From assembly GCF_001194135.2 (NCBI RefSeq), contig NC_068984.1:54787246-54851245 (forward strand): a DNA stretch of 64,000 nucleotides, written 5' to 3'. The stretch comes from Octopus bimaculoides. Its lineage: Eukaryota. The position numbers and the translations under genes are program-made. Below are positions 26,016 through 39,339 of this stretch, piece after piece; the stretch's first letter is position 1; the number at the start of each line of letters is the position of its first letter. Below the pieces are notes generated by a model. That model did no database searches and was not told the origin of the DNA. It saw only the letters and a list, made by a program, of their open reading frames with translations.

Positions 26016-27602
26016 TTCGGCCAAAAATATTAAATTCTGATTTGATTTTTTAACCAAGATCACGACGACGACGACAATCACCGCCGCCACCACCAGCACC
26101 ACCAGCACCACCACCAGCACCGCCGCCGCCGCCGTGCTATTTGGATTTTCTGGAGTGCATCAATAATAATCAGGATGAGGTCGTTGAAGCTTATCCGGAT
26201 GTTAAGCAAAACTATCAGTTATAACAGATTAAAAAACTATACCTGAAGACTAGACCAACCAAAAGTTATATCATTCGTCACGGCAGTTTATCAGAAACCA
26301 GCAATTGATAGAATCAAGTGATGACATATTCTACAATCTGTGATGTCCATCAAAGATAAAATGACTCGATAACCCTATGAAAGGTTCGATATCAGTGAAC
26401 AAGTTATCTAATGTTTTACTACTGGCAGCAAACATTTTGGATAATAAAGTTATGAATTTTAAAATCCAAAACTCATACCCCACACATACACGCTTATACG
26501 AACATTTTTCTGTCTATCTATTCCTGTATCTGTTTATACACAAAGTGTAAATACAAGAGATAAAGTTAGTGGGCTGAGAGATCGAGAGGGAAACTGAGGA
26601 AGAAAGAGAGATAGGATAAAGAATGTAATGGGATTTTAAGTTGCTTAATTCTATTGATTTTAATTAATCATCAACATTAAAACATTTCTTGCCTGAATTA
26701 TTTTTGATAAGTTAAAGATAATTTTATTCTGATTAAGTTGAATTAGAGTTGAAAACCGTAAGCTGTTATAGAACAACTCTTTTCATTTCCTTTGTTTTTG
26801 TGTGTGAGTGCGCACGCGTGCGTGTGTGCGTGTGTGTAATTATGACTGATTTGTCAGCAAACTACTAAAGATCTTTTGGAAAATAAATATAAAAGAAAAA
26901 CAAACGTAAAACATGCTCTGATCTTTTTACAATCTGATTTTTTCCCCTTGAAAATATCGCCTCCTTTTTAATGGAGAGTTCTCTAGTTGAGAGTCTGTGC
27001 ATAATTATACATGAAAGAAAAGGTTATGGATTTCAGAGTTATTAAACGGAAGAAATTTAAAAAAGCAAACTAGATCCCGATATCCCAACTTTGATGGTAA
27101 TCTAAATTGTAAATTAGGTCAATCACTCCAATGTCTTGCATATAGCCCGTCGATGAATGCATTTCCGAGACTAACACTTCTCGCGGCAAATGAACTTTAT
27201 GGTTCTTGAACTTCTTATCCATTGACTTTTGGGGAGGCAGACCAGCAGACGTTTCCATGTATTCCGGATGTTAATTTCTTACATATTTTCAATTTTGCTT
27301 AGAATTAAGACAGACATCAGGACATATAATTGATTGACTTGAATCCGATTACTCAGATTTCTTAAGGAAAAAAGGCCAATGTATTTCATTCAGCACAAAA
27401 CAGATATAGTCTGAATTCAAAGTAGATGGCTAACCTCAATTATGCGGTTTATGACGTATTTCTATACAAAATTTCAAGTTATCTTTTATAAAAAAGAATA
27501 AAATCTTTAGGAAATCTGTGCACTATATCAGAATACATAATTTATGTTACAATTTTTATCAAGCGGCCGTTGATTCGTTAATGCCTACTATTTATTTCCC
27601 TG

Positions 27603-27645
<43 letters not shown>

Positions 27646-27981
27646 NNNNNNNNNNNNNNNNNNNNNNNNNNNNNNNNNNNNNNNNNNNNNNNNNNNNNNN
27701 NNNNNNNNNNNNNNNNNNNNNNNNNNNNNNNNNNNNNNNNNNNNNNNNNNNNNNNNNNNNNNNNNNNNNNNNNNNNNNNNNNNNNNNNNNNNNNNNNNNN
27801 NNNNNNNNNNNNNNNNNNNNNNNNNNNNNNNNNNNNNNNNNNNNNNNNNNNNNNNNNNNNNNNNNNNNNNNNNNNNNNNNNNNNNNNNNNNNNNNNNNNN
27901 NNNNNNNNNNNNNNNNNNNNNNNNNNNNNNNNNNNNNNNNNNNNNNNNNNGTGTATGCATATCTATCTATCTATATTTATC

Positions 27982-28093
<112 letters not shown>

Positions 28094-30026
28094 TGTGTAT
28101 ATGTACATAAATTTAACATATATAACAGCATGTGTAATATCAGATATAATAATATTCGAAAGGGATCTCTCTCTCCTTCTATCCCTATGTATGTATGTAT
28201 GTATGTATGTATGTATGTATGTATGTATGTATGTATGTATGTGTGTATGTATGAATGTATGTATGAATGTATCTATCTATGTATCTATGTACGTACGTAC
28301 GTATGTACATTTTTGTGTGTATATGTGTATTTCTAAACTACTTTCCAGAATATGCATTTGACATGAAAATTGAATATTCAACTGTATTTCAAATTAATTT
28401 GTTCAGTATTTAAGCTTCTTTAAATAGTTATCACTCCAGGTTATTAAAATGCATGTCAAAAACTGCATTGCTCTATATCGTTCCAATAATGCACATATAT
28501 CAATACATTCTGATTACAATAACACCCCGGCTTGATCACGAAGCAATTATCTAGTGGTAGCATAATGGACTTTGTTAAAGGCTACAAGCTATTTAACAAA
28601 TAGGCAAGTTTCGAAAATTCAGATAAATCCATTTATGAAAATGGTCAGAAAAGGAAGAACAAGAAGTGATGAAAATATCTCCCTTTTGTATTTAATGTTT
28701 ATATCCGAGCAATATCACGAACTTCGTGTATTAAGTATCTTCAATTGGATTTATAACATAAAAGAGAAAAGGTATATTGTTCTCAAAGAATGTTATTTTT
28801 GAATTTCTATTCATCGGTGTGACTTTATTCTTCTCGAATATAAATTTCCCAGCAGAGAGAAAACCTCGGGCTAGTTAAAATATGAGAATTTAAATACGAG
28901 ATACTTAAATGGTATAGAATGTACGTAACAATTGCCAAACATTTAGAATTTCTTCCTAGTTTGTAAGTCGTTGTGTTCAATTATATCTTAACTAAATAGA
29001 ATCTATTGTATTTAGTAACATTTATCGATGGTGCGTTAGTTTAGTATCTAAAATAAATTATTCTCCGGCTTAGCAATAGTTAGGTCTTCTCTAATATATT
29101 GTAGCCACAAAGATAACTTTTTGATGATATCTGCAGCAAAATTTAGGTACGTTACGCTACATAAAAATCACACTGTACAAATTTACAGCTCAGGACACTA
29201 ATACAATAAGCGTGGTAAATATTTCATGGCACATTTAATGAAGTTCGGTTTGACATTTAATCTCGAAAGTAGTCCAAGGTTCTACGATAGGCTAACTAAA
29301 ATTTCCTGAATGTTCAAACTGAATCAATAAAATAAAGAATTGTATCACACTAAGGGAAATTTGAACATAGTTTTAATATATTCTTATTCTCTTTGACAAT
29401 TTTGCATGTACCAAGGTTTGTAGAATTGGTAAGTTGTAGAGGTATTCTTTTTTTTTTTTTTTAACAGAGAAAAACTTTAAAATTTGAAGCTTTTTCTGAT
29501 TAAATTAAATACCTTGCAGTAACCGAATAAAGCGAAAATATTAAATTTATTCTAGAAATAAAATTTGAAATTATTTTTATATCTGTGATATAACAATTTG
29601 TTGCATTTAAAGAAAAGATAAAGAACCGATAATACAATATAATTGCATTGAAAGGAAATATATAAAATCACCATGTTAAAATATGTTGACGTCATTATTC
29701 GTAAGCAAGTGATAGTATATTCATGAAATCATACAATATGATATTACTTGCTTGTAAAACAAAGAAAAGGGCTATCATGAATTAAAAAAACAAATTTCAT
29801 TATTAATAAAATCAATGTTTTGAAGTGCGGTAGATTGCTGAATCGTTCGAGTCGGGGGAAATGCTTTGCAGTATATATCCTGTTTAACTTTACTTTGTGC
29901 CTTACTATCAAAGTTTCTTTCAGGAAGTGATTCATTGTCGATACCTGCTCGGATTATATGCAAATATATATTGGGTAATGCTTTCTGAAATAACATTAAA
30001 TACGTAGATAGCGTGTTTATTCAGTA

Positions 30027-30102
30027 CTTATTCAGTTATTTGATTTGTACGGAGGTTATAAAACCTTATTCAGTTATTTGATTTGTACGGAGGTTATAAA
30101 AC
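30027..30102. repeat. Perfect 38-bp tandem duplication
   Basis: cttattcagttatttgatttgtacggaggttataaaac occurs twice. Confidence 0.95.
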
Positions 30103-30618
30103 CAAACTAACTCTCCTTTCCAAGTCCTTAAGTTTGGTGACTTACAAGAAATGGGTGATAACTTTACAGTCGTGCGACTGGGGTAATGAATAGCAGTAAT
30201 TCTTGGTTCAGATTCTGTCACGAATGTAAATAAAAAGAAAAAGAAAATTAACAGGTTTGCTTATCACAAAGCCAATATTTCGTTGTTGGAGATAATCTGC
30301 CTAAACTAGTCGAAGTCGGACATTGACAAGATGAGAGTTCTAAAATAAAGAAAAAATGAGCTTCTTAAATGAAACTGCTACTGGGAAGCAAAAATTAATA
30401 TTCCAGTGTGAAAACCAGAACGTTTAAATCTAATCACGAAGGGTTGAGTACATACGATTTATTGTTAAATTCATGCTAACAGATTTGATTAATTATCTTC
30501 TTATAATGGGTCCTCTCTTCGAAATGTAGGTGTACCTGTGCGCGCGCGCGCGTATGTGGTGTGCATGTGCATGTGTGTGTGTGTGTATCGATGTCACTCC
30601 CTGTCTCTGTCTTTACAC

Positions 30619-30687
<69 letters not shown>

Positions 30688-30753
30688 TAGATAGTATAGA
30701 CTGATATAGATATAGATGTAAATATATGCATACGTACACATGCACGCACACGT

Positions 30754-30790
<37 letters not shown>

Positions 30791-31007
30791 CACACACACA
30801 CACACACATACTCACACATGCATATTCTGAGACCCTCCACTCCTAAGTTCTAAATTTGTCGCCTCACATAATTAGATTAATTTAGACTAAATTAATATCA
30901 CCTCGAATCGAAAATATCACTAATAAAGAAACTGACCTACGTAGAAGTGATAAAATATCAAAGTTGATAGTAATATTATTATCAATATTATTACTGGCAT
31001 TATTGTT

Positions 31008-31088
<81 letters not shown>

Positions 31089-31089
31089 G

Positions 31090-31640
31090 CCTTTGCACAG
31101 TTTCTAACGCTGGAGATGTACAAAAGTGTCAGCTGTTCACTCCCAGTGAACTAAGGTAACACTTGTTAATTTTCGACAATGCCTTCAGGTTTGTGGTCGT
31201 ACCAATTTTTGCTCTGTCAAGTCCATATTTGTTGCAAAGTGTCCAATGGGCAAGCCTGGCTATATTGTCGTGGCGTCTCTTATATTTCTTCAGAGCTAGT
31301 GGCGTACATTGGCTGGTAATATGTCATACGGTTTCACCGTTTTGTCCACAGATTCTGCACTTATTACTTTCTGATGTGTTGTCTATTCTGTATTTTATGT
31401 AGTTTGTTCATAACGCTTGCTCTTGGGCACGCACAGATCAGAGCCTCCGTTTCCGGTTTTAAATCACTTTTAGTCATCCACAGCTATCTTTTTTCTCTGA
31501 CTGTCTTATCTTCAACATCCCTATGAAATTGACCATGCATTATTTTCTTTACCCACCTATTTTCAGTTTCATTCGTTTTCAATTCCTTGTATAGTGCTTT
31601 ATCTTTGCAATCTTTCATCCTACACAAGCCACCATTACCA
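31090..31640 (-). mobile_element. R4/Dong-type RLE LINE 3' fragment
   Basis: HGQFHRDVE, LKPETEALI, CCHC knuckle CRICGQNGETV*HITSQC, YKRRHDNIA..HWTLC and WYDHKPEGIVEN. Ends in a (CAA)n(TAA)n tail. Confidence 0.85.
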
Positions 31641-31956
31641 TTGTAGTTGGGCACCAGATTCGTGAATAGATCATAATCTACAGGTCTATAAATAGATTCG
31701 GCAGTTGGTGGAATTGTCAGCCATAGAGACAAAAGGATCTTCACACCCCTTCGGTTCAGCAGAGGTCAAATGTGTTCACTATTACCAGTAGCCGCAGACA
31801 GCGCTGCCTTGAAAAGAAGCAATTCAACCTGTTATAGTCCATCGTCCTTTGGTTTTGTTATCGTTTCGTTTTTATGCTCATTGACATGTGTTCATGTTTC
31901 CTTCGTATTCATTATTATTATTGATGTGTAAGCGAGAGACCGAGAAGAGACAGCAA

Positions 31957-31996
<40 letters not shown>

Positions 31997-32784
31997 NNNN
32001 NNNNNNNNNNNNNNNNNNNNNNNNNNNNNNNNNNNNNNNNNNNNNNNNNNNNNNNNNNNNNNNNNNNNNNNNNNNNNNNNNNNNNNNNNNNNNNNNNNNN
32101 NNNNNNNNNNNNNNNNNNNNNNNNNNNNNNNNNNNNNNNNNNNNNNNNNNNNNNNNNNNNNNNNNNNNNNNNNNNNNNNNNNNNNNNNNNNNNNNNNNNN
32201 NNNNNNNNNNNNNNNNNNNNNNNNNNNNNNNNNNNNNNNNNNNNNNNNNNNNNNNNNNNNNNNNNNNNNNNNNNNNNNNNNNNNNNNNNNNNNNNNNNNN
32301 NNNNNNNNNNNNNNNNNNNNNNNNNNNNNNNNNNNNNNNNNNNNNNNNNNNNNNNNNNNNNNNNNNNNNNNNNNNNNNNNNNNNNNNNNNNNNNNNNNNN
32401 NNNNNNNNNNNNNNNNNNNNNNNNNNNNNNNNNNNNNNNNNNNNNNNNNNNNNNNNNNNNNNNNNNNNNNNNNNNNNNNNNNNNNNNNNNNNNNNNNNNN
32501 NNNNNNNNNNNNNNNNNNNNNNNNNNNNNNNNNNNNNNNNNNNNNNNNNNNNNNNNNNNNNNNNNNNNNNNNNNNNNNNNNNNNNNNNNNNNNNNNNNNN
32601 NNNNNNNNNNNNNNNNNNNNNNNNNNNNNNNNNNNNNNNNNNNNNNNNNNNNNNNNNNNNNNNNNNNNNNNNNNNNNNNNNNNNNNNNNNNNNNNNNNNN
32701 NNNNNNNNNNNNNNNNNNNNNNNNNNNNNNNNNNNNNNNNNNNNNNNNNNNNNNNNNNNNNNTATATATATATATATATCGCCA

Positions 32785-33010
32785 AGCCAACATGGCAGTC
32801 CCCAAAATAGGACGAATGCAGCCCTTGATTAGCTCCAAGAGGCCATCACCTCTAGCTAGCTATGTGCCCACGAACCTCTGTCCATTATAACCTTCGAACA
32901 GGGGAGGTCAGCCGCTTCTCCCTTGCTGGTCTGGCATCTACAGACTAGTTTCGAGGTGTTGCCCCTTATCGATGTAGAGCAGCCGAACCCAGCAGGCGTC
33001 GCTACTGACT
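32785..33010 (-). mobile_element. Probable RTE LINE extreme 3' end
   Basis: The minus strand translates ...KVIMDRGSWAH, like the RTE terminal MxDRxxW motif, followed by a short UTR and (AT)n. Confidence 0.45.
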
Positions 33011-33014
33011 GACT

Positions 33015-33885
33015 GTACGAAGGATTATTTACCTAAATTCAGTGGAATACAGTCACTGGTTTTCAAAATGGATACAGGTTCGTGTATTCAGTTATGTTCG
33101 TGTTCAGTTCAGTCCAATATCACTGAAGATTTGGGTATGAGACGCGTGCCTACCAAGTTTCTGCCAAAACTGCTTTCAAAGCTGCCTGAAAAGATACTCG
33201 GGTTTCAGTTGCACAAGATCTCCTTGACTGTGACGAGAACGATGAAAACATTTTGAAAACGGTCATAACAGATGATGAATCGTGGGTCTATGGCTATGAT
33301 CTCGAAGCAAAGACTCAGTCTTCGCAGTAGAAGACCCCAACCTCTCTGAGACCGAAGAAAGCACGAATGAATCGGAGCAATATGAAAATACTATTGACCA
33401 TTTTCTTCGACTACAAGGGGATTTTTCATCATGAGTATGCTCCACCTGGTCAGACAGTAAACAAGGAGTACTACGGCGTTTGCGGGATGCTATCCGTCGG
33501 AAAATGTCATAACCGGATGCGTCCGTGAGTGGCAATTGCACCATGGCAACGCACATACCCATTCAGTGCAGCTTGTCTAGCTCTTTTTGGCTAGGCACAG
33601 CATTCCCCAGGTCCGACAGCTACCATATTCCTCAGATCTCGCCTCTTGCGACTTTTTCCTCTTTCCAAAATCCAAATCCCGCTTGAAAGGAAGAATGCAA
33701 CGTAGCAGCTGCTGATAATCTAAGAAAACGAGTTATAGGAATGCTTCCATCAATGGAAACAGCGCTGGATTAAGTGCGTGGCTTCTGAAGGGGACTACTT
33801 CGAAGGAGATCAAATGCCAAATTGGTACGTATTGTAGTTTTGTTTTTATAGCACCAGTCCGGATACGTATTGATCAGACATCGTA
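33015..33885 (+). mobile_element. Internally deleted mariner (DD34D-type) transposase pseudogene
   Basis: ITDDESWVYGYD, IFFDYKGIFHHEY..PGQTVNKEYY, LHHGNAHTH and PYSSDLASCDFFLFPK. Right end ccggatacgtattgatcagacatcg|TA. Confidence 0.9.
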
Positions 33886-35015
33886 TATTGTATTATATTA
33901 TATATATCAATTACAGTATGGAAGTCAGGTATTAGACATTTTCAAAACACACACAAAAAAAAAAGCCTGTTAAATTAAACATTTATTGCTTGGTGTAAAA
34001 ATTTCGGTCACACTATCAGACACTTATCCAATGGAACCGGCTTGAGGCAAGGCCGTAGGCCAGTATCTAACAGGCTTCAGGGATTTAAATATATTTTTCA
34101 TGAATATAGGTCAGTAATTTTGGTTTTCGTGTCTGGTGCTTATTGCTGGTCAGTTAACTTGGCATTTGGTTGTAATTCATCTACTCTCGCTTCTTACTTT
34201 CTCTCAGTGGAGGCTTCTGTGACATTTCAGAGTACAGCAAATCAGGAACTAATGACTTCAAAGAAGAGAATTAAGAATTGTAATGCAAATCGTACAAAAA
34301 CACACAAAAAAAAAACAAGAAAAAAAACAGGCAATACAGTGCGGTACAAATCCTTTAATGGAGATCATACAATAAAATACTATATTGAATCAGTCCATGA
34401 CCACAGAACGGAGACATTAAGGAGTAACGTTGACAAATGGGTTGAGATTAGTAGTTGTATCCATAACAACAATAGCAGCAGCAACAGCAGCAGCAGCAGT
34501 TACAGCAGCAGCAGTAGCAGTACCAGCAGTAGCAATACTACTACTACTACTAGTAGTAGTAGTAGTAGTAGTAGCAGCAGCAGCAGAGGCACTATCGGTG
34601 GTATAAGGGCTGTGATGACTACCAGAATGCCTAATCTATATAAATAAAACAAAGTACCTATAAAACCCCGAAGACTACATATACGGGTCTAAACTTGTTT
34701 CGCCATTTTTCTGGCTTATCAACATCAGTACCTGAACCGAATTAGAGGCAAACTGAATTGCCAGTCTATGACTATAAACAAATAGTGTAAAAACTCACAA
34801 AAATAGCGAATCACCGCTAGCTGTTGCTCCTGATTGGTATCTGGAGCGAGTTGTCTCGCCTGTCTATGACTTTCAGGTGTTTTAACAACCGGCGCTTTCT
34901 GAGAGTCCTCTCCACTGTGCTAAATCTTCGCCTTCCGCTGAACAAAAAACAAATTGCATAATGAGTATGTGTATTTCATAATGTTTACAACATTAGAACT
35001 GTTTCTAATTCATAT

Positions 35016-35051
<36 letters not shown>

Positions 35052-35818
35052 TTATATGACGAGCGAAGATTCTTATAAGCTTTAAGCTTATAAACTTTCA
35101 CTAAGATTATTTATTATGCATATCACTAATATCAGTTTTAAATTTTGGCACAAGGCTAGTGATTTTTGAGAGGGGATTAGTCGATTACCTTGACTCAGGT
35201 GTTTTACGTACGATGTGTGCAGTGCCTGTGTTATATATATTCGTACCTCCCAGTGTTTTAATTACGTATTTGTCTGCCTGTTTGTAACTATACCTTTGCC
35301 AACTATTATTTATGGGATTATTCCTGTCTTCAGACTACATTCGGGGTATCTCTCTTTCCAGATCATTGTATTTCGAGAGTTTCTCAATTTTTGTTTAGAG
35401 ATACATTGTCATCTGTTGAGACTGATGATATGCCGATAAGAAGGCATTACGTCTTGGTGGTCTCTGACTAAAATATCAGGCTTATTAACTTTGATCTCGC
35501 TGTCAGTGTGTATTGTCTTATCCTCAGAATATAGTTACTTTGACATTTACTGAGACCGTTTCTGGGATATTTTTATACCACTTCTGTTTTAATCCCGTAG
35601 CGCTGGTACAGCTTCCAGTGGATATATGCCCCAACTATTTCCATATATGTGAATATATTTCCTCTTAGTCAGGAATGGGCGGCCAGAAACAATATATCAC
35701 CACATATTCAGTAATTACTTTTATTTTATTTCCTTATGTATTTTGCGGGGTTTCTAACGGGCAGGCTTTGTTCTTGAACAATCGAAAATCCTTCAGTCTC
35801 TGCTGTGATTCCCGAGCT

Positions 35819-35877
<59 letters not shown>

Positions 35878-35996
35878 AGGCGGTGAGCCGGAAGAATCGT
35901 TGTCATATAAGGTGTCATATATTTGGTTTTGTACACAGTGTTGTTCTAGAGAATGTTTAAGAAACCACAAGAAAATTATGTGTTTGNNNNNNNNNN

Positions 35997-36630
35997 ACAG
36001 TCATATCAATGAGGAGGCATGATTTTTGTCTGAAATCCTTCAATATGATGTCTGGCCTATTTGCATTTATCTTTCTGTCACTTTGAATGGTGAAGTTCCA
36101 GAGGATTGCGATGTGATCATTTTCAAGCACTGGAGGTGGTTTGTGTTCACACCAGTTTTTATCATTGGGCAAGTCCAGGTTTTTGCAAATTACCCAGTGA
36201 ATATATTGTGCAGCTCTATTATATCTGTTGAGATACTCTGTAGGCGCAAGCAAACTGCACATGGAGACAACATGATCAATGGTTTCATTTTGTTGTTGAC
36301 ATACACGACATGTTAGGCTACTGCCGTTCTTTAATATGTTAGCCTGGTAGCTCCTTGTAGGTAGGCGTTGATCTTCGGCTGCTATGGTAAACCCTTCTGT
36401 TTCTGATTTTAAGCCAGAAGCCATTAGCCATTGATGGGTAAGGGCTTTGTCAACATCGGCATTATTCGCTCTCTTTGGATATTTGCCATTGATAGGTTTT
36501 TCTTGCCATTTATCAGTAAGAATATCTAAGGCAGCAGTTTTAGCACGGGTTTTCATGCGCTTAGCTTTTTCTTCGCTTGTTTCTAGTACGTCTAATTCTG
36601 GAATTTATTGTATTCGGAATTCAACCTGTT
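35997..36630 (-). mobile_element. R4/Dong-type RLE LINE fragment (zinc knuckle + RLE start)
   Basis: LKSETEGFTIAAEDQ, CRVCQQQNETIDHVVSMC, IHWVICK, WCEHKPPPVLEN and ANRPDIIL...LLIDMT. The 5' junction abuts (TAA)n. Confidence 0.9.
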
Positions 36631-36645
36631 TTGTTATTATTATTA

Positions 36646-36704
<59 letters not shown>

Positions 36705-36711
36705 GATTAAT

Positions 36712-37145
36712 TGATTGAGAGAGCAGTGCATATCATCAAAGTGACACTGGGGTACAAATATACGAAGCCCAATATGCCCATCATGAATACCCGTCTGATA
36801 AGGGTACACAAAGCACATGCATCACACTCATATGTGCACGACATGGTGATCTCATATCAAGATAAACAACACATGACCTCGCAGGTGGGACCCAGTTAGA
36901 ATTTTCTTCAGGTCGGGTAGCCCATCCCGCTCAAAAGGTCCCTGAATAAGGTTTGTTTAAGGATGTTGAGCAAAACACCCATGTTTCCAAAGGTGAATTA
37001 TTCAAAACCCAAAGAATTCCTCTCAACACATGACTATGATGCTCCCCCACTACTTCTGCTCGTGATCAGAGATGCACATATCGTCAGCCACTAAAAGACA
37101 TGCTCAACTGGTTAAGGTCAAACAACTGACAAACATATCTGTGGT
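36712..37145. repeat. Interspersed repeat (probable SINE-like family D)
   Basis: Higher-GC, non-coding block between (ATT)n and a gap. It resembles a common octopus repeat from memory; there is no paralog in the window. Confidence 0.35.
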
Positions 37146-37833
37146 NNNNNNNNNNNNNNNNNNNNNNNNNNNNNNNNNNNNNNNNNNNNNNNNNNNNNNN
37201 NNNNNNNNNNNNNNNNNNNNNNNNNNNNNNNNNNNNNNNNNNNNNNNNNNNNNNNNNNNNNNNNNNNNNNNNNNNNNNNNNNNNNNNNNNNNNNNNNNNN
37301 NNNNNNNNNNNNNNNNNNNNNNNNNNNNNNNNNNNNNNNNNNNNNNNNNNNNNNNNNNNNNNNNNNNNNNNNNNNNNNNNNNNNNNNNNNNNNNNNNNNN
37401 NNNNNNNNNNNNNNNNNNNNNNNNNNNNNNNNNNNNNNNNNNNNNNNNNNNNNNNNNNNNNNNNNNNNNNNNNNNNNNNNNNNNNNNNNNNNNNNNNNNN
37501 NNNNNNNNNNNNNNNNNNNNNNNNNNNNNNNNNNNNNNNNNNNNNNNNNNNNNNNNNNNNNNNNNNNNNNNNNNNNNNNNNNNNNNNNNNNNNNNNNNNN
37601 NNNNNNNNNNNNNNNNNNNNNNNNNNNNNNNNNNNNNNNNNNNNNNNNNNNNNNNNNNNNNNNNNNNNNNNNNNNNNNNNNNNNNNNNNNNNNNNNNNNN
37701 NNNNNNNNNNNNNNNNNNNNNNNNNNNNNNNNNNNNNNNNNNNNNNNNNNNNNNNNNNNNNNNNNNNNNNNNNNNNNNNNNNNNNNNNNNNNNNNNNNNN
37801 NNNNNNNNNNNNNNNNAAAACGAAAACGAATAT

Positions 37834-38520
37834 TTAATCAAACAGTTTTGTATCAATTTCATGACATTCTCCTGTCAGTTTATTCATTCCTCCTGGGCGT
37901 GATTTTAATAACGCGCAAACATATTTCTCCTCATGCATTCTGAGAAGTGAAAGTGAAGCAGATTCAGAATATTTCCTGAGAATATGCACTTTCAAGTCTT
38001 CTTCAAAATTGCAGCCGCTTGAAAAGAAATGTTCAGTAAGTTCTGTCGAACTACTGTTATTGTGCCTGACGTCGAATCTGTGCCCATTAAACCGTTTCTT
38101 TAATTGTTCTGTTGTACAACTAACATAAATCAAGTTGTGTTTCGTGCATTCTGCCGCGTACACAAAATGGGAATCTCTACATGTCCCACCTTCTGTATAA
38201 ATCATAACATTTCTGTTATGATGCCTGATGGAATTCACTTGACTCATGTTGTTGCACAATGAACTGGGTTTACTTCCGTTGCGGCTGTTTTTCAAGGTAC
38301 AGATACTCCAACGTTCGTTTTCTTGGAGTCAGAAATAGAAGTCAATAATTCTCTTATATTCTTATTCCGTCTAAAATCCACGATAGGTCGCTGAGGAAAT
38401 ATTTGTTTGAAACGAGGATACTTTTTCGCCAAATGCTGGTAACTTTCATGCAACACTTTTGAAATGCCAGCGAAATTTCGGTGCCAGTTAATTACTGAAG
38501 GAATTTTGTCATCTATAGTG
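37834..38520 (-). mobile_element. Penelope-like element (Neptune-type) 3' part: thumb/linker + GIY-YIG endonuclease
   Basis: IPSVINWH...FKQIFPQRPIVDFRRNKNIRELL, a frameshift near 38295, then a Cys-containing linker. Continues GTCRDSHFVYAAEC..HNLIYVSCTTEQLKKRFNGHRFD...EEKYVCALLKSRPGGMN*. Confidence 0.85.
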
Positions 38521-38524
38521 TTTG

Positions 38525-38640
38525 CTAAAATTATACACTGGAAGCTCTGCCAACACTATGGAATAACAACAGAAAAAAGATGGTATAGGCACGCCCCAGA
38601 AATGTTAGAGAAAATGAGAAAGAAATTAAAATTTCTGTAA
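38525..38640 (+). mobile_element. Short R4/Dong-type RLE LINE fragment
   Basis: AKIIHWKLCQHYGITTEKRWYRHAPEML, homologous to the AAQYIHWVICK..WCEHKP segment at about 36200. Confidence 0.7.
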
Positions 38641-38665
38641 TTTTGAACTTTTATCACTTCTCTTT

Positions 38666-38708
38666 TTGAACTTGACAAAGACAGACTTATTGTCGAAACA
38701 TCGTTCAA
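38666..38708 (+). ncRNA. Atypical minimal hammerhead-ribozyme-like motif in a probable inverted PLE pseudo-LTR
   Basis: TTGAAC-[TTGACAAA-GACA-gacttat-TGTC-GAAA-CATC]-GTTCAA has a 6-bp stem I and a 4-bp stem II. AATAAA follows 3 nt downstream. Confidence 0.65.
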
Positions 38709-38841
38709 CCAATAAAATATCTATTACAATCGAATCGCGCTCTTCGTCTTGACTGTTTACATTTGTGAAGAGTTATGTCAATCCTTTTAAAAATATTTTT
38801 ATCATTATTATTATTATAATTATTGTAGTTGTTGTTGTTAC

Positions 38842-38910
<69 letters not shown>

Positions 38911-38923
38911 TATCATTATTATT

Positions 38924-39183
38924 AAGGCGGGGGGCTGGCAAACTCAACAACACGCCGGTACAATGGTTAATAGCATTTCGTTTTTACGTTCTTGTCTCAT
39001 AATTTGTCGAGGTCGACTTTGCCTTTTATCCTTTCAGAGTGGATAAAATAAGTACCAGCTGAATACTGGAGTGGATGGGGTTAGGGTTAGGGTTAGGGTT
39101 AGGGTTAGGGTTAGGGTTAGGGTTAGGGAATCGACTTACCCCCTTACCTGAAGTTGCTCGCTTTGCGCCAACATTTGAAACCA
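38924..39183 (+). mobile_element. SINE family B copy interrupted by telomeric repeats
   Basis: aaggcgg...tggcaaa head, gtcgactttgcc...gataaaataagtaccag body and cttaccccc...gcgccaacatttgaaac tail. Confidence 0.85.
39078..39128 (+). repeat. Interstitial telomeric sequence GGG(TTAGGG)8
   Basis: Eight perfect TTAGGG units at 39081-39128. Confidence 0.97.
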
Positions 39184-39184
39184 T

Positions 39185-39230
39185 TCTTCTTCTTCTTCTT
39201 CTTCTTCTTCTTCTTCTTCTTCTTCTTCTT

Positions 39231-39318
<88 letters not shown>

Positions 39319-39335
39319 GTAGAGGTAGTAGTAGT
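39185..39335. repeat. Compound (TTC)n-(TTA)n-(GTA)n microsatellite
   Basis: Read directly. The TTA part may be the tail or target of the adjacent R4/Dong-type element. Confidence 0.95.
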
Positions 39336-39339
39336 AGTA

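Noticed and set aside
27070-27258. 62-aa minus-strand ORF with ordinary amino-acid composition
   Set aside because: No recognisable domain and no convincing splice sites.
34042-34647. 201-aa ORF
   Set aside because: TTG start; it runs through a poly-A tract and AGC/AGT/ACT microsatellites; no domain.
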